From NCBI GenBank assembly GCA_001001115.1, contig LCIO01000001.1:6426-70425 (forward strand): a stretch of DNA of 64,000 bases. Reading direction: 5' to 3'. The notes beneath the pieces were generated by a model. The model did no database searches. It saw nothing but the letters and a program-made list of their open reading frames with translations, and was not told the DNA's origin. The DNA comes from Candidatus Wolfebacteria bacterium GW2011_GWA1_44_24. GTDB taxonomy: Bacteria; Patescibacteriota; Minisyncoccia; UBA6257; UBA9933. The position numbers were made by a program, and so were the translations under genes. Of the stretch, positions 17,910 to 24,659 are shown one piece after another; the stretch's first letter is position 1, and the number at the start of each line of letters is the position of its first letter.

Positions 17910-19157
17910 TTATCGCCTCCACTTTGATCGGCTGAATTTGCGCGGCTCTCCGTAAGAACGGCTCGGAGGATGACCGCTTGAGCGTCGCGAAAATGAAGGC
18001 CGGCTCGGAGACGCGATTAGCCGCGCGGGCGGAAGCTCGGGAAGCTTGCGTAACGGCAAAGCAGCGCGCATAAGGCGTTCAATATTTTTTACGTTTCCGC
18101 GCTGATCCAGAGTTGCGAAAGAAATCGCGTTGCCGGCGGCTCCGGCGCGCGCGGTCCGGCCAATGCGGTGGATATAATCTTCCGCGTTATCCGGAAGGTC
18201 GTAATTAAGCACGAGTTCTATCCCCTTCACATCTATGCCGCGGCTGGCGATGTCGGTCGCGACCAGTATACGATATTTTCCGTTCTTGAATCCATCAAGA
18301 GCTTCCCGGCGCTGGCTTAATGATTTATTGGAATGAAGTTCCGTTACCGCGTGTCCAAGTGTCCGAATGCCCGCGGCGATTTTTTTTGCGCCGAATTTTG
18401 TCCTTGAAAATATCAAAACAGAACCATGATATTCATGAAGAAGTTTTTCAAGAAGCCGAGGTTTATCCGGTTTGGATATAAAAAAAAGCTCTTGTGTTAC
18501 TTTTGCGCTTATTGTTCCCGAAGGAGCGATTTCAATGCGTAGCGGGAACTTCATATATGAATGAGCCAGATGAACTATTTCATTCGGCATTGTTGCGGAA
18601 AAAAGCATTGTTTGGCGCTCTCGCGGCACTGCATTAAGAATAGTTTTTAATTGCGGCGCAAATCCCATATCAAGCATTCTGTCCGCTTCGTCAAGCACGA
18701 GGATTTTCACTTCTTTGAGAGAAAGCGTTTTTTGCCGGAGATGGTCTATTATTCTTCCGGGAGTGCCTAAAACGATAGTCGGGTTTTTTTGCAGCGCCTG
18801 CAGTTGCCGATACATTGGTTCTCCGCCAATAAGAAGAGCGGTTCGCACTTCGATATGAATACCGATTTTATGGAGCGTTTGTTCAACCTGTAGCGCGAGT
18901 TCGCGCGTTGGAAGTATAACGAGCCCGCGTTTTTTTTGAAGCGCCGCTTGAATCATGGGGATTCCGAATGCGAGCGTTTTTCCGGTGCCGGTTTGCGCAA
19001 GTCCGACTAAATCTTTTCCTTCGATCGCGGGAGGAATGGATTTTTTCTGAATGGGCGTAGGAATCTTAAAGCCGAGCTTATCAAGAACAGCGAGAATATT
19101 CGGCGCAATGCCAAGATTATAAAAATCGGGTGTATTCAAATGCCCACAGTTTATCAT
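17910..19157 (-). CDS. DEAD-box ATP-dependent RNA helicase
   Basis: Q motif PTPIQ, AQTGTGKT, VLDEADRMLD, SAT, HRIGRTARAG. Arg/Ser-rich tail. Visibly GC-rich relative to its neighbours. Confidence 0.9.
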   Translation of the reverse strand: MINCGHLNTPDFYNLGIAPNILAVLDKLGFKIPTPIQKKSIPPAIEGKDLVGLAQTGTGKTLAFGIPMIQAALQKKRGLVILPTRELALQVEQTLHKIGIHIEVRTALLIGGEPMYRQLQALQKNPTIVLGTPGRIIDHLRQKTLSLKEVKILVLDEADRMLDMGFAPQLKTILNAVPRERQTMLFSATMPNEIVHLAHSYMKFPLRIEIAPSGTISAKVTQELFFISKPDKPRLLEKLLHEYHGSVLIFSRTKFGAKKIAAGIRTLGHAVTELHSNKSLSQRREALDGFKNGKYRILVATDIASRGIDVKGIELVLNYDLPDNAEDYIHRIGRTARAGAAGNAISFATLDQRGNVKNIERLMRAALPLRKLPELPPARLIASPSRPSFSRRSSGHPPSRSYGEPRKFSRSKWRR

Positions 19158-19205
19158 TAAAGCGGCAAAATAGCTAATCCAAGGGGTTTTATGATAAAAT
19201 GAATT

Positions 19206-19312
19206 GTAAGATTTCCGAGCATTATTTACACTTCCCTTCGTCAGATTTGCCTTTCAGAACCAGAATATTTTTGCTCCAGCCGCTAAAAATTTCTTTCCCC
19301 CCAGCGCGCCTG
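19206..19312. repeat. intergenic repeat, copy A (~105 nt)
   Basis: Aligns with 34144-34244 in the same orientation. The core GCCTTTCAGAACCAGAATATTTTTG[C/T]TCCAGC shows 1 mismatch in 32 nt. Contains a conserved bulged hairpin (19262-19294). Confidence 0.7.
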
Positions 19313-19403
19313 CGGGATGTTCTTTAAGACAATCTGGCTTCGGTTATTTTTATAATTAAGCAGAAAATCTTTTCCGTAGCCAGCCTGTTGGAATTATAAA
19401 TAA

Positions 19404-19567
19404 CCAAAGAACTCTTTCAGAGTGAGTATACTGGAAAACGTTCAAGAAATTAACGAGCGAATAGGAGATTTGCCGGGTATACCCGCGCAGCAGGGTGGCA
19501 AATCTCCGTCAATGAGCGAGTTAAATTTCTAACATTTGGAAGAGGCGAACGAGAAAGAGTTCTTTGG
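19404..19567 (+). ncRNA. candidate structured RNA or palindromic element (6S-like nested hairpin); strand uncertain
   Basis: The 15-bp perfect closing stem pairs 19404-19418 with 19553-19567. The 9-bp helix pairs 19446-19454 with 19520-19529. The 11-bp helix pairs 19464-19474 with 19497-19507. A central bubble of about 17/15 nt separates them. TATAAA at 19395-19400. Confidence 0.3.
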
Positions 19568-19659
19568 AGAAATTCGGCTGGCGGGAAAAGATTTTCTGGA
19601 TTATTATGTAAACAACGCTCGGGTTTCTTACAAATGAATGTAGAAATTGTAATAAATAC

Positions 19660-20163
19660 ATGAAAAAAATTCTCATTGTTATTGCGCCAGAAAATTTTCG
19701 AGACGAAGAATATATCGAGCCGAAAAAAATTTTCGAAGACCGCGGTTTTGAAATCAAAACCGCTTCGCTTAAAGCCGGTGAAGCAACGGGAATGTTCGGC
19801 GCAAAAGTCAAAATTGATTTGCTTATTTCGGAAGTTAATTCCGATGAGTTCAGCGCCGTTGTTTTTGTCGGCGGCCGGGGAATGGCAAAATTGACGGCCA
19901 ATCGGGAATTCATTGATCTGGCTCAAAAATTTTATCAAGCCGGCAAATTAACAACGGCTATTTGCGTGGCGCCGGCGATTCTGGCCAATGCGGGAATTCT
20001 TAAAAATAAAAAAGCCACTTCCTGGCCCGATGTAAAAGACGAACTGACAAAAGGCGGAGCGGATTATACGGGCAGAGACGTTGAAATTGATGGCGGGATT
20101 ATCACCGGAAACGGCCCTCAAGCCGCCGGAAAATTTGGAGAAACAACGGCAAATGCCGTATAA
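19660..20163 (+). CDS. DJ-1/PfpI family protein
   Basis: FVGGRG, nucleophile-elbow AICVAPAILA, GIITGNGP. Confidence 0.85.
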   Translation: MKKILIVIAPENFRDEEYIEPKKIFEDRGFEIKTASLKAGEATGMFGAKVKIDLLISEVNSDEFSAVVFVGGRGMAKLTANREFIDLAQKFYQAGKLTTAICVAPAILANAGILKNKKATSWPDVKDELTKGGADYTGRDVEIDGGIITGNGPQAAGKFGETTANAV

Positions 20164-20172
20164 TAATAATTG

Positions 20173-21861
20173 ATGGCTACGGGAATTTTTGAGTTGGCGA
20201 TTGTTATTTTTGTCGCCGCGGCGTTCGGCATTATTGCTAAAATATTCAAACAGCCGATTATTTTAGCTTATCTCGCCGCCGGAATAATTATCGGTTATTT
20301 CGGTTTTTTTAATTTAGCCGATAAAACAACTTTCCGGCTTTTTTCGGATTTAGGCGTAATGTTTCTGCTTTTTTTGATTGGTTTGGAAATCAATTATTCG
20401 TCGCTACGGCTCGTCGGCAGAGCATCGGCTATTATCGGCGCCGGCCAGATACTTTTTACTTTTATTGTCGGGTTGCTTATTGCCCTGGCTTTTAATTTCA
20501 GTTATCTCCACGGCGCTTACATTGCCATCGCCCTGACTTTCTCCAGCACCATCATCGTCGTCAGCCTCCTTTCGGAAAAAAAAGATTTAAACAGTTTATA
20601 CGGCAAAATCAGCATCGGCATTTTATTAATACAAGATTTAGTGGCAATTTCACTCCTGGTTATATTGGCCGGCATTGAAACTGGGAAAGGATTGACTATT
20701 AACGATATTGTCCTGACTCTTTTTAAGGGAATCGGTTTATTCGCAATAATGCTGATTTTGGGCAGAAAATTTTTACCCTTGGTTTTCGACAAAATCAGCC
20801 GCTCTCAAGAACTTTTATTTTTAACGAGCTTGGCTTGGGTTTTTGCCGCCGCCTCATTGGTGGCTAAAATCGGTTTTTCCATCGAAATTGGCGGGTTTTT
20901 AGCCGGTTTAGCTCTGGCTAATTCTTCCGAGAACTATCAAATTGCCGCCAGAATCAAACCTCTGAGAGATTTTTTCATATTAATTTTCTTTGTTATTTTG
21001 GGTTCATCGATAATTTTTTCAAATTTCAGCGGTCTGACTTTATCAATTATCGTTTTTTCGCTTTTTGTGCTTATTGGCAATCCATTGATAGTTTTAACGA
21101 TTATGGGACTGATGGGTTATCGCAAAAGGACGAGTTTTTTAACCGGTTTAACAATCGCTCAAATTTCAGAATTTTCTTTGGTGCTGGCGGCTTTGGGGTT
21201 CAAAGTCGGACACTTGAATGAAAGCGTTGTTTCTTTAATCACCGCTGTCGGAATCATTACGATAACTTTTTCCACTTATTTAACAACTCATGCCGATAAA
21301 ATTTTCAGAAAATTATCCCCCTATCTTTCGTTATTTGAAAATAAAAAAACAACCGAAAACGATTTTTGGCAGAAAGAATTCCATAAGCCGATTATTTTAA
21401 TCGGCTGCCATCGCACCGGCCAGAACATCGCCCTGAATATTCCCAAAGAGAATCTTTTGATAATTGATTTTGACCCGGAAGTCATTTCCCGTTTGAAAAA
21501 GCAGGGTTATGATTATCTTTTTGGCGATATTGCCGACGAGGAAATTTTTGACAAAGCCAATCTGAACGAAGCGCGGCTGGTGGTTTCTACCAGCCCGGAT
21601 TTGGAAGACAATTTAACTATTTTAACAAAGCTGAATTTATTAGAAAAAAGAAGTCAAATTAAAGTGGTTCTACGCGCCCGCACCGAGCAAGAGGCGAAAA
21701 TTTTGTATCAGAACAACGCCGATTATGTCTTGCTCCCCCATTTTACCGCCGGCCAATATCTTGGGAAAACCATCGGCGTTGACCCGGAAATGAAAATTTT
21801 GGAGCAATTAAAAAACAGAGATTTGGAATTGATGGAAAAAACGAACCACTTTATATCTTGA
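20173..21861 (+). CDS. Kef-type cation:proton antiporter (CPA2) with C-terminal RCK/TrkA-N domain
   Basis: About 12 TM helices followed by a Rossmann-like IILIGCHRTGQNIA domain. ATG 20173 (or TTG 20170) is preceded by TATAAT at 20159-20164. Confidence 0.8.
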   Translation: MATGIFELAIVIFVAAAFGIIAKIFKQPIILAYLAAGIIIGYFGFFNLADKTTFRLFSDLGVMFLLFLIGLEINYSSLRLVGRASAIIGAGQILFTFIVGLLIALAFNFSYLHGAYIAIALTFSSTIIVVSLLSEKKDLNSLYGKISIGILLIQDLVAISLLVILAGIETGKGLTINDIVLTLFKGIGLFAIMLILGRKFLPLVFDKISRSQELLFLTSLAWVFAAASLVAKIGFSIEIGGFLAGLALANSSENYQIAARIKPLRDFFILIFFVILGSSIIFSNFSGLTLSIIVFSLFVLIGNPLIVLTIMGLMGYRKRTSFLTGLTIAQISEFSLVLAALGFKVGHLNESVVSLITAVGIITITFSTYLTTHADKIFRKLSPYLSLFENKKTTENDFWQKEFHKPIILIGCHRTGQNIALNIPKENLLIIDFDPEVISRLKKQGYDYLFGDIADEEIFDKANLNEARLVVSTSPDLEDNLTILTKLNLLEKRSQIKVVLRARTEQEAKILYQNNADYVLLPHFTAGQYLGKTIGVDPEMKILEQLKNRDLELMEKTNHFIS

Positions 21862-22759
21862 GGTATCTCCTTATCGCGATACTCGAAGAGATCACTCCCA
21901 AAATTATTCCGAAAAGCAGTTGATAGCCGAAAAAAGAAGTCGAAGAGGAAACCAGATAACTCCAAAGATTGATTTCCGGAACGAAAATCTTGGCGTAAGG
22001 CGAAGCGTAATAAACCATCGGCAGAATCGCCAAGGAACTCAAAATCGCGGCGATTATGCCGTAAATTATCCCTTCAATCACATAAGGACCGCGGATGAAA
22101 GTATTGGAAGCTCCCACTAATCGCATAATGCTGATTTCTTCGCGGTTGGAATAAATCGCCAGCCGGATGGTGTTGAAAGTAATCAACACGGCCACTGAAG
22201 AAAAAATGACTGTTGCCAAAAGCCCCAATTGTTTTATCGTGTCGATAATTTTGTTTAATCTCTCGATAACTATCGCGTTTTGGGCGTAAGATATTTTGTC
22301 AATCAGATTTTTGAACGACTCCTGATTAAGATAAATATCAATAGCGGCATAATCTTTCGGGTTATGCGCCTTGATGCTTAAAGAAGCCAGCAAGGGGTTG
22401 GTTTGAAGCTCTTCCAGCGCCTGAGAAACCGTTTCGTCTTTTTTATGCCGAGTCTTAAAAATTTCCAAAGCTTTATCACGGGAAATATAATCCACTTTTT
22501 TCACTTCGGCCAGCGCTTCTAAAGATTTTTTTATTTTCAAAATTTCATCTTCTGGAGCGTCAATTTTGAAATAAGCACTGATATCAATTTTATCCTGAAG
22601 CGATTCCAGGGCGATTCCGGTAAAAACATTGACAATTATCAGCCCTTCAAAAACCATCAGAGCCAAAATCATTACCACAATGGTGGCGGTTGATAGCCAG
22701 CCGTTTCGCCAAAAACCAAGAATTCCATATTTGATTATTCGGGATAAAGCGGTAAGCAT
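21851..22759 (-). CDS. ftsX: cell division ABC permease-like protein FtsX
   Basis: LSRIIKYGILGFWRNGWLS N-terminus, large extracytoplasmic loop, 4 TM helices. Follows ftsE with a 1-nt overlap. Confidence 0.85.
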   Translation of the reverse strand: MLTALSRIIKYGILGFWRNGWLSTATIVVMILALMVFEGLIIVNVFTGIALESLQDKIDISAYFKIDAPEDEILKIKKSLEALAEVKKVDYISRDKALEIFKTRHKKDETVSQALEELQTNPLLASLSIKAHNPKDYAAIDIYLNQESFKNLIDKISYAQNAIVIERLNKIIDTIKQLGLLATVIFSSVAVLITFNTIRLAIYSNREEISIMRLVGASNTFIRGPYVIEGIIYGIIAAILSSLAILPMVYYASPYAKIFVPEINLWSYLVSSSTSFFGYQLLFGIILGVISSSIAIRRYLKI

Positions 22760-23451
22760 TAAACCAAAATGTATTTTCCTTTTTCTTCGTCTTTTATTAT
22801 TTTTCCGTTTTCTAAACTAATAACCCTTCTGTTCAAATCGTTGACAATGTCTTTGTTGTGGGTGGCTAAAATCACGGTTGTGCCCAATTCGTTGATTTTC
22901 AGAAGCAATTTGATAATTTCCGCGGTATTAATCGGGTCTAAATTTCCGGTCGGTTCGTCAGCAATCAGAACGTCCGGATGATTTATCATTGCCCGGGCAA
23001 TCGCCACTCTTTGTTTCTCGCCTCCGGAAAGTTCGCTGGGAAAATTGAATTTTTTATTCGATAAACCGACCATTTCCAACGCTTGAGGAACAAAATTTTT
23101 GATTTCCGGCTGGGGCCGACCGGCCACTTCTAAAGCAAAAGCCACGTTTTCAAAAGCGGTTTTATTGGACAACAACCGGAAATCCTGAAAGATGACGCCG
23201 ATGTGGCGGCGAAGTTCGGGCAATTTTGACGATTTTAATTTATTAATGTCGTAAGAACCGACAATTACCCTCCCCTTGCTCGGTTTTTCTTCGCCGATCA
23301 GCAATTTAATGATGGTTGATTTTCCGGCGCCCGATTTTCCAACAATTGAAACGAATTCGCCGACGCCGATGTTAAAACCGACATCATCCAGCGCCGTGGA
23401 AGAATGATGGTTGATGTTGTAATTTTTCGAAACGTTTTGAAAAGTAATCAT
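22759..23451 (-). CDS. ftsE: cell division ATP-binding protein FtsE
   Basis: GKSGAGKST Walker A, LSGGEKQRVAIARA signature, LIADEPTGNLD Walker B. Confidence 0.9.
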   Translation of the reverse strand: MITFQNVSKNYNINHHSSTALDDVGFNIGVGEFVSIVGKSGAGKSTIIKLLIGEEKPSKGRVIVGSYDINKLKSSKLPELRRHIGVIFQDFRLLSNKTAFENVAFALEVAGRPQPEIKNFVPQALEMVGLSNKKFNFPSELSGGEKQRVAIARAMINHPDVLIADEPTGNLDPINTAEIIKLLLKINELGTTVILATHNKDIVNDLNRRVISLENGKIIKDEEKGKYILV

Positions 23452-23454
23452 TAT

Positions 23455-24561
23455 TTATTTCATTATATCACCCCCGATAAATATCTCAATATCGCCGTCA
23501 AGCGTTTTGTCCGCCTGGGTCGTTTCCATATTGGTGCGATGGTCTTTAACCAATTTATAGGGATTTAAAATATAAGAACGGATTTGATTTCCCCATTCGG
23601 GCTTCACTTTGGTTCGCAAATCCGATAATTCTTTAGCTTTGCTGTCTTCCATCAATTTAACCAGTTTGGATTTAAGCGTTTTCATCGCCCGTTCGCGGTT
23701 CTGGGCCTGAGAGCGTTCAGCGCGCGAAGAAGCGGCAATACCCGTGGGCAAATGGACAATTCGAACAGCGGTTTCCACTTTATTGACGTTTTGCCCCCCA
23801 GGACCGCCGGCGCGGGAAAATTCCACTCTCAATTCTTCTGCCGGAATTTCAAGCTTACCTTCTTCCATTTCCGGCAATTCCGGCAAAACTTCAACTAAAG
23901 CGAAAGAAGTGTGCCTTTTTTTCTCCGGAGAAAAAGGCGAAATTCTGACCAGGCGGTGCACGCCGGATTCTTTTTTCAAAAATCCGTAAACATAATCTCC
24001 TTTTGTTTCAAAAGCCACATTTTTCAACGGATGCCTTCCGGTTTTGGATTGAAAATCACCCAATGTTTCGTCAAGAACTTTTGTTTTCCAGCCGCGCTTT
24101 TCGCAATATTTGCGGTACATTTCATAAAGCATCGAAACCCAGTCTTCGGCGTCTTGTCCGCCGGCGCCCGCGTAAATAGAAATTGTCGCCGACTGCCGGT
24201 CATATTTACCGGAAAGCAATTGTTCGATTTCCATTTTTCTCGTCTTATTTTTAACGGATTCGATTATTTTTTCAGCTTTTTCTTCCAAATTTTTGCTACC
24301 CATTGATATTTGAGCGATCGCCGTTTCGGCGTCTATCAATTCTTTTTCAGCGTCGTTAAAACGATTGATAAAATCTCGAAGCTGGCCCGCTTCTTTGTTT
24401 TTTTGTTCAGCTAATCCGCGGTTTTTCCACAAATCAGGACTGGCTAATTCAATTTCCAATTCACTCAGATATTTTTTCTTTTCTTCAATATTAAATCGGC
24501 CCCGCAATGCGGGGACGGTTTCTTGCAGCGCGTTTAATTGTTTTGTTAAATCTTCTTTCAT
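23455..24561 (-). CDS. prfB: peptide chain release factor 2, uninterrupted reading frame
   Basis: SPF tripeptide (RISPFSP), GGQ ([11 protein letters not shown]). 368 aa in one frame with no in-frame UGA frameshift site. Confidence 0.9.
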   Translation of the reverse strand: MKEDLTKQLNALQETVPALRGRFNIEEKKKYLSELEIELASPDLWKNRGLAEQKNKEAGQLRDFINRFNDAEKELIDAETAIAQISMGSKNLEEKAEKIIESVKNKTRKMEIEQLLSGKYDRQSATISIYAGAGGQDAEDWVSMLYEMYRKYCEKRGWKTKVLDETLGDFQSKTGRHPLKNVAFETKGDYVYGFLKKESGVHRLVRISPFSPEKKRHTSFALVEVLPELPEMEEGKLEIPAEELRVEFSRAGGPGGQNVNKVETAVRIVHLPTGIAASSRAERSQAQNRERAMKTLKSKLVKLMEDSKAKELSDLRTKVKPEWGNQIRSYILNPYKLVKDHRTNMETTQADKTLDGDIEIFIGGDIMK

Positions 24562-24562
24562 G

Positions 24563-24634
24563 AGCCGATGAGAGGAGTTGAACCTCCAACCTCTGCTTTA
24601 CGAAAGCATTGCTCTGCCATTGAGCTACATCGGC
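24563..24634 (-). tRNA. tRNA-Thr (anticodon CGU), CCA not encoded
   Basis: Manual cloverleaf on the minus strand: the acceptor GCCGATG pairs with CATCGGC and the D stem GCTC pairs with GAGC. Anticodon loop TTCGTAA, T arm GGAGG-TTCAACT-CCTCT, discriminator T. Confidence 0.85.
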
Positions 24635-24659
24635 GAAATCAAACGATAAAAATTATAAC

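Noticed and set aside
19199-19327. 42-codon ORF over repeat copy A, and a 34-codon ORF (34154-34258) over copy B. Both share the peptide LPFRTRIFL.
   Set aside because: Outside the 30-nt core, the indels between the copies (3, 1 and 1 nt) shift homologous nucleotides into different frames, so the flanking peptides are unrelated. The conservation is at nucleotide or structure level and not at coding level.
19404-19567. Identity of the structured element as SRP RNA, RNase P RNA or tmRNA
   Set aside because: None of the signatures I know for these RNAs is present: the SRP helix-8 GGAA/AGCA motifs, the RNase P GAGGAAAGUCC box, or a tmRNA tag ORF with a tRNA-like end. Only the generic 6S-like architecture remains as a hypothesis.
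19450-19938. 162-aa and 130-aa minus-strand ORFs
   Set aside because: They overlap the well-supported DJ-1 gene on the opposite strand and the structured intergenic element. The translations show no motifs.
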